Shown: positions 16,963 to 27,323, counted from the stretch's first letter. The stretch: 64,000 bases of DNA from Patescibacteria group bacterium (GCA_019752815.1 JAIELQ010000003.1:18722-82721), one strand, 5' to 3'. Made by a program: numbers and translations. Notes: a model not told the origin generated them from the sequence alone.

Positions 16963-18783
16963 TTACTCGACAGTTACCGACTTTGCAAGATTACGGGGCT
17001 GATCGACATCCAGGCCACGAGCCACCCCAACGTAGTAGGCAAATAACTGTAATGGGATAGTAGCAATAATTGGTTGCAATATCGAGTGTACTTTTGGCAT
17101 GTAGAGCACGTCATCGGCCAAGCCGTCTGCTCCGAGAGCTCCTTCGGTAGTGAGTAAAATCACCGGCGCTTTCCGCGCTCGGACTTCCTCGATATTAGAA
17201 ACCATTTTTGCATATACAGCATCCTCGGGAGCAATAGCAAAAACTGGAAAATCAGGACCTAGCATCGCAATTGAACCATGTTTTAATTCCCCGCCTGCAT
17301 ACGCTTCGGCATGTAGATATGACACTTCTTTTAATTTGAGTGAGCCCTCATACGCAATCGGCGCATGCAGCTGTCTTCCAATAAACATCATGTCACGCGA
17401 GTTGGCATACTTACGAGCTACAGCCTCAATAGCGGCCGTGTCCGCCAGCATCATTTCAATTACGTCAGGTAATCCAGCAAGCGCAGTAAGTATTTCTGAA
17501 GCCTCTTCTCCCCCCATCTCACGCTGTCTCCCCAACCAAACAGTGAGCAAAACAAACACTGTCAGCTGTGAAATAAAGGCCTTGGTCGATGCCACTGCAA
17601 TCTCTGGACCAGCATGGTTATATACACCAGCATCTGTAGTGCGAGCAATTGTTGAACCAACTGAATTTACAATACCCAGCGTTAACTGACCTAAATTTTT
17701 CGCCGCTACAATTGAGGCGAGAGTGTCGGCTGTTTCTCCCGATTGTGTTACCGCCAACACCGCACTGCTAGCATCTCCCAAGTTACGGCGATACCGAAAC
17801 TCACTGCCGAGCTCAATTTCAACCGGCAAACCCGCGTACTCCTCAATCATTAACCGACCCATCTGTCCTGCATAGTAGGCTGAGCCACATCCCACAATAG
17901 TTAATCGTTTAATCGTAGCTAATGTTTCAGCGACGTCTTCGAGCCCACCTAATTTCACTGTTCCTGCTCTCGCATCAATTCGACCACGGGTTGAATTACG
18001 GATGACTTCCGCAGCTTCATTAATTTCTTTGAGCATAAAATGGTCATAGCCATTTTTTTGTACCGCCGACACGTCGTGAAGAACAAGTTCCGGTGATTTA
18101 GCACGAGCTTCGCCAGCAATTGATGTAACAGTATACGTATCAGCCTCAATCACCGCCATTTCACTATCCTCTAAATAGATAAATTGATTGGTGTATTCGA
18201 GCAATGCGGACGGGTCTGACGCGACGAACATCTCTGTATCGTCCCCAACTCCAACTACAATCGGACTGCCCATCCTCGCCACGACAATTTGTCCAGGATT
18301 ATCAGTCGCCATTACCGCAATGCCGTACGTCCCATGTACCCGGGCCAGGGCTTCTTGGAGAGCTGATTTCAAATCTCCTTTATAGAGTGACGCGACTAAT
18401 TGTGCCAATACCTCGGTATCGGTTTGTGATACAAACTCGACACCAGCTTCAAGCAATTCATTTTTAAGAGCTTGGTAGTTTTCAATAATGCCATTATGGA
18501 CGAGCCATATTTTTTCCGCTGTGTCGGAGTGTGGGTGACTATTACTCACTGACGGTTCGCCATGTGTAGCCCAGCGGGTGTGGGCAATGCCGGCCGTCCC
18601 AGCAGATTGTTTGGTTTCAAGTTCTGCAACTAACGCGGCGACCTTCCCGACTGCTTTTACAGAACCTGCCCCTGCAATATACATACCGGCCGAATCATAC
18701 CCGCGGTATTCTAGTTTTTGTAAGCCTGAAACTAAAATGGGCGCTGCTTGTTTACTCCCCACGTATCCAAATATTCCACACAT
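16963..18783 (-). CDS. glmS: glutamine--fructose-6-phosphate aminotransferase (isomerising)
   Basis: N-terminal MCGIFGYVG (Ntn Cys). Two SIS domains. Full length 606 aa ending in ...KSVTVE. Confidence 0.95.
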   Translation of the reverse strand: MCGIFGYVGSKQAAPILVSGLQKLEYRGYDSAGMYIAGAGSVKAVGKVAALVAELETKQSAGTAGIAHTRWATHGEPSVSNSHPHSDTAEKIWLVHNGIIENYQALKNELLEAGVEFVSQTDTEVLAQLVASLYKGDLKSALQEALARVHGTYGIAVMATDNPGQIVVARMGSPIVVGVGDDTEMFVASDPSALLEYTNQFIYLEDSEMAVIEADTYTVTSIAGEARAKSPELVLHDVSAVQKNGYDHFMLKEINEAAEVIRNSTRGRIDARAGTVKLGGLEDVAETLATIKRLTIVGCGSAYYAGQMGRLMIEEYAGLPVEIELGSEFRYRRNLGDASSAVLAVTQSGETADTLASIVAAKNLGQLTLGIVNSVGSTIARTTDAGVYNHAGPEIAVASTKAFISQLTVFVLLTVWLGRQREMGGEEASEILTALAGLPDVIEMMLADTAAIEAVARKYANSRDMMFIGRQLHAPIAYEGSLKLKEVSYLHAEAYAGGELKHGSIAMLGPDFPVFAIAPEDAVYAKMVSNIEEVRARKAPVILLTTEGALGADGLADDVLYMPKVHSILQPIIATIPLQLFAYYVGVARGLDVDQPRNLAKSVTVE

Positions 18784-18842
18784 AAGTTTTAAAATATTAC
18801 ATAGCGTCTATGCTATATAGTACCGAGTAGCCAAAGAAATGG

Positions 18843-19574
18843 TTACACTCCTAATTTTTGTTCTAACGCATCAAAATATTTTTGAATATGGGGTGCGAGA
18901 TTCATCTCTCCCTCATCAGGCTCAAATTCAAACATACGATCTAACTCTGCATGTCCACCAGCATCAACCGTATAACTACCGGCATCACACATCCACATTA
19001 GTTTTAACAAAAACCAAAAATCTTTTACAGACATATTTGCTTCAACTGCTTTGACAGTAATCGATACTGCGGCTGCATCTGGGCCGGTGCGATTTTTATA
19101 GAGATACTCCCTAATCGGATCACTATTAATGAGGCTATTTGCAATTGCTTGTTGAGAGGCAGTGAAACCAAGTTGCGGTAAAATCTGATTGAAATAAACC
19201 TGATGGTAGGCATACTGATTATCAATTTCGCCAGCTGAATTTGCATCAGGTTTACCTATATCATGCAGAGCAAGCACTGTCTCAAAAAATACATTATCTA
19301 AACCGGCCGGAAAAGATGTTTGTTTAAAATACTTATGGTATTGCTTCAGAACCATCCGGGTGTGCTGCCCCAGGGTATATCCTTGAATCGTACCTGCAGA
19401 TTGCGCAAAAAGATGTCCAAAATCCTTTAAAAATAGTCTCATTACATCATCGGCGGTATGACTAGGATTATTCAGAACTGAATCAATATCTTCTCTGGTG
19501 ACCGTCACTTCAATCGTATCTACTATGGGCAATTTTTCAGCAGACGATGTGACTGCTTTTTTACTTTCAAACAT
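18843..19574 (-). CDS. HD-domain-like hypothetical protein
   Basis: H...HDIGK...D pattern (GQHTRMV, LALHDIGKP, MCDAGSY) compatible with an HD phosphohydrolase fold. Directly upstream of glmS on the same strand. Confidence 0.4.
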   Translation of the reverse strand: MFESKKAVTSSAEKLPIVDTIEVTVTREDIDSVLNNPSHTADDVMRLFLKDFGHLFAQSAGTIQGYTLGQHTRMVLKQYHKYFKQTSFPAGLDNVFFETVLALHDIGKPDANSAGEIDNQYAYHQVYFNQILPQLGFTASQQAIANSLINSDPIREYLYKNRTGPDAAAVSITVKAVEANMSVKDFWFLLKLMWMCDAGSYTVDAGGHAELDRMFEFEPDEGEMNLAPHIQKYFDALEQKLGV

Positions 19575-19597
19575 CCGTATAGTATATACTATTAACT

Positions 19598-19966
19598 ATG
19601 GAACATTATAGTCAAGAAAGACGTTCACGATTTGAGTTTGAACCAACAAACGACCCCGAAGAAGCGCGTGAAATTATTGCGGAAATGCTTGAAAAAGGCT
19701 TTAAACCAGTTGTGACCGTACCGAAAGAATACGCTGATTCTCTTCAGAATGGACTGAAAGCTCATGCTACTTGGATACCTAACTTCAACGTGATTGCTGG
19801 CACACTTGGACGTGATGCATACCAAGCAGAAGACCGTATAGTAGTACAAATTGATCAAATACCTCACACTGCGGTGCATCCACGATTTACCGGACCGGAT
19901 AAAACTTTTCAGGGTGTAGTTATTATTGATGGACCAATAACGCCTGAACAAATTTCAATACACTAG
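19598..19966 (+). CDS. hypothetical protein (122 aa)
   Basis: ORF. Acidic N-terminus. No recognised motif. Confidence 0.35.
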   Translation: MEHYSQERRSRFEFEPTNDPEEAREIIAEMLEKGFKPVVTVPKEYADSLQNGLKAHATWIPNFNVIAGTLGRDAYQAEDRIVVQIDQIPHTAVHPRFTGPDKTFQGVVIIDGPITPEQISIH

Positions 19967-20030
19967 ATATTTAAGGTCTTTATTTTTTAATCCCAAAACT
20001 ATTTAATTACAAACAAATAACGCTGTTCAA

Positions 20031-20747
20031 TTGAACCTAAGGATATATAATGTATTCATGATATCTAAATGGTCTAATATTAAACCTGAAGCGATTCGGC
20101 TACGTAAATTAGGAAAATCACTTCCCTATATCCATACTAAACTTGGTATTCCAAAATCAACCCTAAGTTATTGGTTAAAAGATGTTAAACTAACAATTGC
20201 ACAAAAAAATAAATTGGAGAATGACTGGAAAAAAGCACTAATAAAAGCAAGGAGTAAAGCAGTAGTTTGGCATAATAAAGCAAAAGCTCATCGAATCAAA
20301 GTATCTGAAAGTGAAGGGCGTTTATTGCTAGATAACATCGACTACAGCAATAAATACATTACCGAACTAGCATTAGCTCTTTTATATTTAGGGGAAGGAA
20401 CAAAAGCTCAGAGCGAAACAGGTATGGGTAGCTCAGACCCTGTTATACTTAAATTTTTCGTTAACTGTCTACGTACAATATACAAAATCCCTGAAGATAA
20501 GATAAAATGTGAACTCCATCTGCGTGCTGACCAAGACCCTGAGAAAATATTGAAATTTTGGTCAAATGAACTAAGAATCTCAAAACAAAACTTTCGTAAA
20601 CCGTATTTAGATAAGCGAACAGCAGGAACCAAAACTTATGATACTTACAAAGGGGTGTGTTTAGTACGGTGTGGTACAGTGGCAATTCAACGAAAATTAG
20701 TATATATTGCTAAGCACTTTTGTACTGAAGTTTCTACAAAAGTTTGA
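20031..20747 (+). CDS. HTH + LAGLIDADG-like homing-endonuclease-type protein. Free-standing and AT-rich.
   Basis: N-terminal HTH (IHTKLGIPKSTLSYWLKDV). The single motif LALALLYLGEGTK resembles LAGLIDADG with the conserved acidic residue as Glu. Immediately upstream of tRNA-Val. Confidence 0.45.
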   Translation: MNLRIYNVFMISKWSNIKPEAIRLRKLGKSLPYIHTKLGIPKSTLSYWLKDVKLTIAQKNKLENDWKKALIKARSKAVVWHNKAKAHRIKVSESEGRLLLDNIDYSNKYITELALALLYLGEGTKAQSETGMGSSDPVILKFFVNCLRTIYKIPEDKIKCELHLRADQDPEKILKFWSNELRISKQNFRKPYLDKRTAGTKTYDTYKGVCLVRCGTVAIQRKLVYIAKHFCTEVSTKV

Positions 20748-20756
20748 GTACTAATT

Positions 20757-20828
20757 GCGCGTTTAGCTCAGTGGTAGAGCGTTTCATTGACATTGAAAAG
20801 GCCGACAGTTCGATCCTGTCATCGCGCA
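20757..20828 (+). tRNA. tRNA-Val (anticodon GAC)
   Basis: Manual fold: acceptor GCGCGTT/ATCGCGC (one T-T mismatch), D-arm TAGCTCAGTGGTAGAGC, anticodon loop TTGACAT, T-arm GACAGTTCGATCCTGTC. Confidence 0.75.
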
Positions 20829-20830
20829 CA

Positions 20831-20860
20831 AAAAAAGTCGGGCTCGAAAGCCCGACCACA
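20831..20860 (-). terminator. terminator for the minus-strand peptidase gene (GTCGGGCTttcgAGCCCGACttttttt on minus)
   Basis: GC hairpin plus T-tract on the minus strand, directly after the stop at 20865. Confidence 0.6.
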
Positions 20861-20864
20861 CTTA

Positions 20865-22112
20865 TTACTTAAACACCGTAATACGCAATACATCTTCTGA
20901 CCGATTGAGAAAACGAGCAATCTGCTCTACATCCTCAATGGTTACCTCTTCACACGCTGACATTTCTTGCCGAAGCGTCACAATCCTGCCAAACATTGCC
21001 AAATCATACGCAGCAGCATCTGTGATCTTTTGTAACGTACTATCACGTGTCAGAAAGCTAGCTACTCGTTTTCGCTTGATTCCTTCAAACAAAAGTTTAT
21101 CTGTGGAAAACGAATGGAATATTTCTGTAACCACCATCCTCACCTCATCAACTTTTGCTGCAGGAATATTACTCACGCTAACAAACAAGTCATGGAACGG
21201 ACCACGGGCGTAAGAGCCCGCACCCATTCCATACGCCAATCCTCTTTTTTCACGAACTTCCGTATACAACAGTTCCGTAATCATCTCAGCTGCCACCTCC
21301 GCAGCTTCAAACGAAACGTCACCCGGTAAAAGAGCCTTGAAATCAAGACTTACTTGCCCCATACCCACACCTTGTACCAACGAGAATTCTAAATCATTCT
21401 CTCGCAATTTTGGGAATGAACTTCTGACTTGAGGTAACGGATTACGTACACCGTTCATTTTTTCACTGGCAACCGTCGCTTCAAGTTTGGCAAGCACCAC
21501 GTCAGGCGCCAATCCTCCAACACACAGCACTGACAAATTGTTAGTGGTGTAATAGAAATCATAAAAGTGTTGGATAGTTTCTGGTCTGATATCTTTGAGA
21601 CTTTCGAGTGTCCCAGCAGCTGATGGGGCTTTCGACCATGGCAAACCCCGATAGTGAATTGATGGCACCTTGTTAGCCATTTTCATCATCTCAACATTTG
21701 GGTGGCGTTTCTTGATTTCACTGTTAATTATTTCCATCTCACGATCAAAATAATTTTCTAGCGACTTTCCCAAACTAGCCTTAGCCCAGAATACCAAACC
21801 TTGGTCAAATTCTGGGCCGGTTGTTGGAGTCATAAAACTGTACCGAGTAGACTCGAAGCCAGTAAAGGCGTCGAACATTCCACCCACCTCACCAAAGAAA
21901 CGTTTCATTTCCATCAGGGTCATCCCACTATTGGCACACACCATATGCTCAAGGAAGTGAGCTGTCCCAGCGGGGTATTCTTGTTCGTCGCGCATACCAG
22001 CGTGAAAAACAAATTCTGCCCAAGCAAATGAACGTTCTGGCAGGTAAAGGATATACACCGGCACACCATTTGAAAGTGCGTGTACAGTGAAGTCAGCATA
22101 GGGGTCATACAT
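20865..22112 (-). CDS. M16-family (pitrilysin/insulinase-like) zinc peptidase
   Basis: Inverted zinc-binding motif HFLEHM (HxxEH) near the N-terminus. About 415 aa. Confidence 0.7.
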   Translation of the reverse strand: MYDPYADFTVHALSNGVPVYILYLPERSFAWAEFVFHAGMRDEQEYPAGTAHFLEHMVCANSGMTLMEMKRFFGEVGGMFDAFTGFESTRYSFMTPTTGPEFDQGLVFWAKASLGKSLENYFDREMEIINSEIKKRHPNVEMMKMANKVPSIHYRGLPWSKAPSAAGTLESLKDIRPETIQHFYDFYYTTNNLSVLCVGGLAPDVVLAKLEATVASEKMNGVRNPLPQVRSSFPKLRENDLEFSLVQGVGMGQVSLDFKALLPGDVSFEAAEVAAEMITELLYTEVREKRGLAYGMGAGSYARGPFHDLFVSVSNIPAAKVDEVRMVVTEIFHSFSTDKLLFEGIKRKRVASFLTRDSTLQKITDAAAYDLAMFGRIVTLRQEMSACEEVTIEDVEQIARFLNRSEDVLRITVFK

Positions 22113-22192
22113 GACAAGGATCTTTCTTGATTTGAGGTTTCTATTCTAAGCTGGAAAATAACACAGAAAAATCTATTTGTACAGACGTAATC

Positions 22193-23074
22193 TTATTGCC
22201 CCACCACCCTCTGCGCCGCCTTCATCACCCCCTCTTTACTGCCCGCGACAAAAATAAAACCGGCTTTATGACAAAATATAGCGTCACTCACTCCTGAAAC
22301 TCCGGCTAGTTCTGCACCACGTAATCCACGCCACTCTTCTGGAAAGTTTACTCTTGCCTCAAAACTGCCGCATTCTTTGCGCACTGTCGTAGCTGTCCAA
22401 TTATCATTTGCAGTTGGGTCATCAGGACACACAACGAGCAAAACCTCAGGATACTCAATAAACGCTATTGACGACACCCCCACTTCAAACACTAAGACTC
22501 GTTTGTCAGCTGTATTTTGGTAAGTATCAGCAATAATCGCTTTCATGCTTTGATCGGCTTGTTTGTGCACGATTGTTCGACGTAACAATTCACGCGCAAA
22601 ATCAACTGCCTGAGAAAATGCTTCGTCTTTATTTTTATCACTACCCCACTCCGGCAAAAAAGAGCGGGTTACTTGATACAACTCGTATGGTGCAATGTCA
22701 GAATTATTAAGCGTATACAGATTTACCCCGGAATCGCCTGCGTCAACAGGCATTACTAGCATTCGCTCAATTTCATCAGCTACTTCTTTACTTCCCGCCA
22801 CCTGTTCACCATATTCGCGCCATACCAATCCAAACGCAGCATACGGGATACCATTGTCACGTACCGGACCACCGTTTTGGTGATGATCAAATCGTTTAGT
22901 AGTCGCGTCATAAACACCACCAACATCAACGACAATATCAGCAGTCGCTAACACAGCTTCGTCTCGAGTACGAATAACTTCAACATTATCGACACCGTGG
23001 AGTAATTGCAATGTAGCCACTGCAAACACATCATCGGTATGAAATCCTCCACTATGCGTAACAATTTTTATCAT
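22193..23074 (-). CDS. MYG1/UPF0160-family metal-dependent hydrolase. Start probably MIKIVTHSG.
   Basis: N-terminal VTHSGGFHTDDVFA and later DHHQ signature of UPF0160. Confidence 0.65.
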   Translation of the reverse strand: MIKIVTHSGGFHTDDVFAVATLQLLHGVDNVEVIRTRDEAVLATADIVVDVGGVYDATTKRFDHHQNGGPVRDNGIPYAAFGLVWREYGEQVAGSKEVADEIERMLVMPVDAGDSGVNLYTLNNSDIAPYELYQVTRSFLPEWGSDKNKDEAFSQAVDFARELLRRTIVHKQADQSMKAIIADTYQNTADKRVLVFEVGVSSIAFIEYPEVLLVVCPDDPTANDNWTATTVRKECGSFEARVNFPEEWRGLRGAELAGVSGVSDAIFCHKAGFIFVAGSKEGVMKAAQRVVGQ

Positions 23075-23146
23075 GAAAATTATTTTATTAGCCATTATAT
23101 GACAAAACTCGCATCATTGCTTATTTTTTAGTATAGTTGCCCAATC

Positions 23147-24319
23147 ATGCGCATCCTATCTATTGAAACCTCCTGTGACGAAACAGCCATTAGTCTGGTG
23201 CAGACAGATGGTGAATTTCCGAGTGCCACCTATGAAATCCTCGGAAATGCCCTGCATTCCCAAATTGACATCCATGCAGAATTTGGAGGGGTGTTCCCGC
23301 AGGTAGCTAAACGTGAACATGCACTTGCGTTGGTGCCAATACTTATCAGTGCCCTATCCCAGGCAGAACTGTTAGAAGAAGTACCGACCAACCTCGACGA
23401 AGCTTCAATTGAACAACTAAAACAAACTCTGGAACGTGAGGACGGTTTAGCTTCATTTTTGCTAGATTTCCTCGCCAAATATTCATTGCCAGAAATTGAC
23501 ATGATTGCGGTCACCTCGGGACCGGGACTCGAGCCCGCACTGTGGGTTGGCATTAGTTTCGCCAAGGCCGTCGCGCAAGTTATCGGTTGTCCCGTGGCAC
23601 CAGTCAACCACATGGAGGGACATGTGCTCGCCTCACTCTATGATGTTGAAATTGATAATGCGCTGGCACCAATTAAGTTTCCAGCAATTGCTCTCTTAGT
23701 TTCTGGTGGGCATACGGAAATTGTACTGATGAAGGATTGGGGCGTCTACGAAAAAATTGGACAGACTCGTGATGACGCTGTCGGTGAAGCATTTGATAAA
23801 GTTGCTCGGTTAATGGGACTACCTTACCCGGGCGGGCCGGAGATTGGTAGGCGCGCAGATATTGCCCGCAAAGCTAACGCGCTACCATACAAAGAGGTCC
23901 TGCCTCGTCCGATGCTTCACAGTAATGATTTTGATTTTTCGTTTTCCGGACTCAAGACGGCAGTTCGCTATAGTATCGATGGCGCTACCTTAACCAACGA
24001 TGAAAAAAATGCCTTAGCCCGTGATTTTGAGGATGCGGCTATCGAGGTGTTGCTCAAAAAAACGCAAAAAGCCATCGACCACTACGATGCCCAAACCCTC
24101 ATTATTGGTGGCGGTGTGAGTGCCAATAATTATCTGCGACAAACATTCACCGAATCACTTCTTGGTTCACACCCCCACGTTGAAATCTACCTGCCACACC
24201 GCAATCTCTCGACCGACAACAGTGTGATGATTGCCCTCGCCGGCCATGCCCAACTCGCCACCGCCCGTTCAGCCGGAGCCATTCAATTTATTTCAGCCTC
24301 AGGAAACCGATCGTTGTAA
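23147..24319 (+). CDS. tsaD: tRNA N6-adenosine threonylcarbamoyltransferase TsaD (Kae1/Gcp)
   Basis: MRILSIETSCDETAISLV N-terminus. HMEGH metal site. 390 aa (long for TsaD). Confidence 0.85.
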   Translation: MRILSIETSCDETAISLVQTDGEFPSATYEILGNALHSQIDIHAEFGGVFPQVAKREHALALVPILISALSQAELLEEVPTNLDEASIEQLKQTLEREDGLASFLLDFLAKYSLPEIDMIAVTSGPGLEPALWVGISFAKAVAQVIGCPVAPVNHMEGHVLASLYDVEIDNALAPIKFPAIALLVSGGHTEIVLMKDWGVYEKIGQTRDDAVGEAFDKVARLMGLPYPGGPEIGRRADIARKANALPYKEVLPRPMLHSNDFDFSFSGLKTAVRYSIDGATLTNDEKNALARDFEDAAIEVLLKKTQKAIDHYDAQTLIIGGGVSANNYLRQTFTESLLGSHPHVEIYLPHRNLSTDNSVMIALAGHAQLATARSAGAIQFISASGNRSL

Positions 24320-24549
24320 CAGACTCGCACTCTTCACATTTATTTACGCACATGATAGATTTAAAACACATGCACAACGCACACACAATTTCATATTTCT
24401 TTTTCTGGTTTAGTCCGCGGGAACGTGGAAGTGTGTTGTAGTATCTAGATTAGACTAACAAAAAACCACTTCAGTTCCCGCGGACTGCAGTGGTTTTTGT
24501 TTGTCGAGCCAGAGATTGATATTGATATCAACCCCTTGCTCAGCACGCA

Positions 24550-24744
24550 ATGAGGCGCGCTGTAAAAAGGGAGACACCGATGTGTACTTTTGTTCCTAAT
24601 GGAAACAAGCCAATCAAACCAGAGGTTGAGGAAAAAACTATAGAACCTCAGCCCGAACAGTCGTTGGCAAATAACAAACAAGGTTTGAATCCATTTCCTG
24701 GCTGGAGAAGTTCTGACGATGACAAATTCATTGTTGACCTCTAG
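24550..24744 (+). CDS. hypothetical small protein (likely starts at MCTFVPNG)
   Basis: RBS GGGAG before an internal ATG. Terminator hairpin caaGCCCGCGCATGCGCGGGCttttt at 24752-24778. Confidence 0.3.
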   Translation: MRRAVKRETPMCTFVPNGNKPIKPEVEEKTIEPQPEQSLANNKQGLNPFPGWRSSDDDKFIVDL

Positions 24745-24849
24745 ACAACTTCAAGCCCGCGCATGCGCGGGCTTTTTACTGGTAGAACAAAAACAATTGA
24801 ATAATATAATGGAAGGTGTAGTATAAAAATAGGCAAACAGGAGGTAGTC

Positions 24850-25053
24850 ATGCCGAAAAAACTTGAAGTCAATATCGATGCTAATCTTTGGCACGAAATG
24901 GAGCGAGATACCGAGATCACGATGGAAGGCCTGGTGCGTCGTGGACTATCGGTTCTAAAGGCTTATCGTGAAGCAAAGAGGGACGGCCTGAACCATCTGG
25001 GTTTTGTTGCCGATCCGACTAAGCTGGACCGAGAAATCACCAATGTTTTGTGA
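24850..25053 (+). CDS. small ribbon-helix-helix-like protein (67 aa)
   Basis: Strong RBS AGGAGG 6 nt upstream. N-terminal KKLEVNIDANLWHEMERD is beta-strand then helix, like CopG/RHH. Terminator at 25076-25108. Confidence 0.4.
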   Translation: MPKKLEVNIDANLWHEMERDTEITMEGLVRRGLSVLKAYREAKRDGLNHLGFVADPTKLDREITNVL

Positions 25054-25145
25054 CATTAGTGCACACACAATAAAGGGGTCGCCAATTTTGAATTGGCGGC
25101 TTTTTTCTTTTCGAGCCTTGTTTTTCGTGCTACTCTAGAAACACT

Positions 25146-27323
25146 ATGAGCGAACAAAACAACCAACAAACCCCTACTATCCCTGAAATTTTCCTCAAAC
25201 CGTACAATTCAGGCGATCACGAGGCAGGGATATACAAAATGTGGGAAGAATCAGGGTTTTTTAACCCCGATGTATGTATTGAAAAAGGCGTGGCCAAACC
25301 AGATGCTCCAACGTTTTCAATTATTCTTCCCCCACCAAACGCCAACGGTCGACTCCATGCTGGACACGGCACAGACATGACACTCAAAGACATCATGGGG
25401 CGATTTCACCGTATGCGCGGAGAGCGCACATTATTGTTGCCTGGTTCTGACCACGCTGGTTTTGAGACGCAAGGAGTGTATGAAAAGAAACTTCAAAAAG
25501 AAGGTCGTTCACGTTTTGGCATGGAGCGTAGTCAGCTGTACCAAGAAATCTACGACTTTGTGATGGAAAACAAAGGAACGATGGAAAATGATATCCGTGC
25601 ATTGGGTGTTTCGTGTGATTGGTCACGCAACACCTTTACCCTGGAGCCTGGTGTTGTTGAGCGGGTACAAAAAACATTTATCAAAATGTTCAACGAAGGA
25701 TTTATTTACCGTGGTAAACGATGTATTCACTGGAACCCTAAATTTAAAACATCACTCTCTGATATTGAGACCATGTTTGAAGACCGCACTGAAAAATTCT
25801 ACTACTTCCACTACGGTCCGTTTGTGATTGGAACTGCCCGCCCTGAAACTAAATTCTCAGACAAATACATTGTGGTGCACCCTGATGATCCGCGGTACGC
25901 ACAATATAGCCACCTACAGGAATTTGAAGTGGAATGGATTAACGGACCAATTAAGGCTACGCTTCTCAAAGATGAAGCGGCTGATATCGAAAAAGGTACC
26001 GGCGCAATGACCATTACCCCATGGCACAGTCAGGTCGACTTTGATTTGGCGCAAAAATATAATTTGCCCCTTGAGCAAATTATTGATTGGGACGGCAAAC
26101 TATTACCCATTGCGGGCGAATTTGCCGGCATGAAAATAGAAGAAGCTCGCCCACTGATTGTTGAGAAACTACAAGCAAAAGGTTTAGTATCAAGTATTGA
26201 TGAAAAATACACTCATGCTGTTCGATTATGTGAACGAACCGGCGTAGTAGTAGAACCACAAGTTAAAGAACAGTGGTTTGTAAAAATGGAAAAGCTGGCA
26301 AAAATGACCCTCGACGCACTGGATGCTGGTGAATTCAAAATCCTGACGGAGCGTCACGAAAAGATTTTCCGACATTGGATGAGTAACCCCCAAGATTGGA
26401 ACATCTCCCGACAAATCGTGTGGGGCATCCAGGTACCAGCATGGTTTAGAACACACAATAACGAAATTGAAGTTACCGCGAGTATTGAACGGCCCGAAGG
26501 TGACAACTGGGAACAAGACCCTGACACATTTGATACCTGGTTTAGTAGTGGACAATGGCCACTAGTAACACTTAAATACCCTGAGGGTAAAGATTTTGTT
26601 GACTACTACCCTACCTCAGTCATGGAAACAGGAGCTGACCTAGTATTTAAATGGGTACCACGCATGCTTATGTTTGGGCTGTACCAAACTGGAAAAGTAC
26701 CATTTAAAGATGTGTACTTCCACGGCATGGTACTGGATAAACACGGCAAAAAAATGAGTAAGAGTAAAGGGAACGTTCTATCGCCAATTGATTTAGGTTT
26801 GGAATTTGGAACTGACGCTACACGGATGGCATTTGTTGTTGGTAATCCACCAGGAGCTGACATGCCTCTATCCGAAGACAAAGTGCGTGCCTACAAAAAG
26901 TTTTCAAACAAATTATGGAATATCACTCGGTTTATCTTGACCGAAACGGCAGATTTTGATCACACTAAAGATCCTGTATATAGTGAACGAGACAATGAAA
27001 TCCGTGCCAACCTGCACGCTGCAAGCGCAAAAATCACCAGCAACATTCTTGGCTTCAAAATGTATCTAGCCGCCGAAGATGTCTATCATTACATTTGGAG
27101 CGAGTTAGCTGACGTTATTATCGAGGAATCAAAAGCCATTTTACAAGGCAGTAACGCAAAGGCAAAACACGCGCGTCAGGCAGTACTTCGTGAATGTTTG
27201 ACGACTTCAGTAAAACTTATGCATCCATTTATGCCATTTGTTACCGAGACTGTTTGGCAGCAACTACCAAAAGAAATGAAGGATGCGGACATATTGATGG
27301 TAGCCAAGTGGCCTATACACTAG
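25146..27323 (+). CDS. valS: valine--tRNA ligase (compact form without the C-terminal coiled-coil)
   Basis: HIGH variant PPPNANGRLHAGHG. KMSKSKGN. ValRS-like editing-region blocks LGVSCDWSRNTFTLEP and IYRGKRCIHWNPKFKTSLSDIE. Confidence 0.8.
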   Translation: MSEQNNQQTPTIPEIFLKPYNSGDHEAGIYKMWEESGFFNPDVCIEKGVAKPDAPTFSIILPPPNANGRLHAGHGTDMTLKDIMGRFHRMRGERTLLLPGSDHAGFETQGVYEKKLQKEGRSRFGMERSQLYQEIYDFVMENKGTMENDIRALGVSCDWSRNTFTLEPGVVERVQKTFIKMFNEGFIYRGKRCIHWNPKFKTSLSDIETMFEDRTEKFYYFHYGPFVIGTARPETKFSDKYIVVHPDDPRYAQYSHLQEFEVEWINGPIKATLLKDEAADIEKGTGAMTITPWHSQVDFDLAQKYNLPLEQIIDWDGKLLPIAGEFAGMKIEEARPLIVEKLQAKGLVSSIDEKYTHAVRLCERTGVVVEPQVKEQWFVKMEKLAKMTLDALDAGEFKILTERHEKIFRHWMSNPQDWNISRQIVWGIQVPAWFRTHNNEIEVTASIERPEGDNWEQDPDTFDTWFSSGQWPLVTLKYPEGKDFVDYYPTSVMETGADLVFKWVPRMLMFGLYQTGKVPFKDVYFHGMVLDKHGKKMSKSKGNVLSPIDLGLEFGTDATRMAFVVGNPPGADMPLSEDKVRAYKKFSNKLWNITRFILTETADFDHTKDPVYSERDNEIRANLHAASAKITSNILGFKMYLAAEDVYHYIWSELADVIIEESKAILQGSNAKAKHARQAVLRECLTTSVKLMHPFMPFVTETVWQQLPKEMKDADILMVAKWPIH

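Noticed and set aside
17150-17689. 179-aa plus-strand ORF
   Set aside because: It is antisense to the highly conserved glmS.
16963-18783. glmS ribozyme upstream of glmS
   Set aside because: Only ~60 nt separate glmS from the upstream co-directional gene. No ribozyme core motifs are present.
20757-20828. Possibility that tRNA-Val contains or abuts an intron housing the LAGLIDADG ORF
   Set aside because: The tRNA folds contiguously as a 72-nt canonical cloverleaf. The ORF is upstream, not inserted.
25054-25145. T-box leader upstream of valS
   Set aside because: The 5' region is only ~90 nt, is mostly the preceding terminator, and has no T-box or specifier structure.
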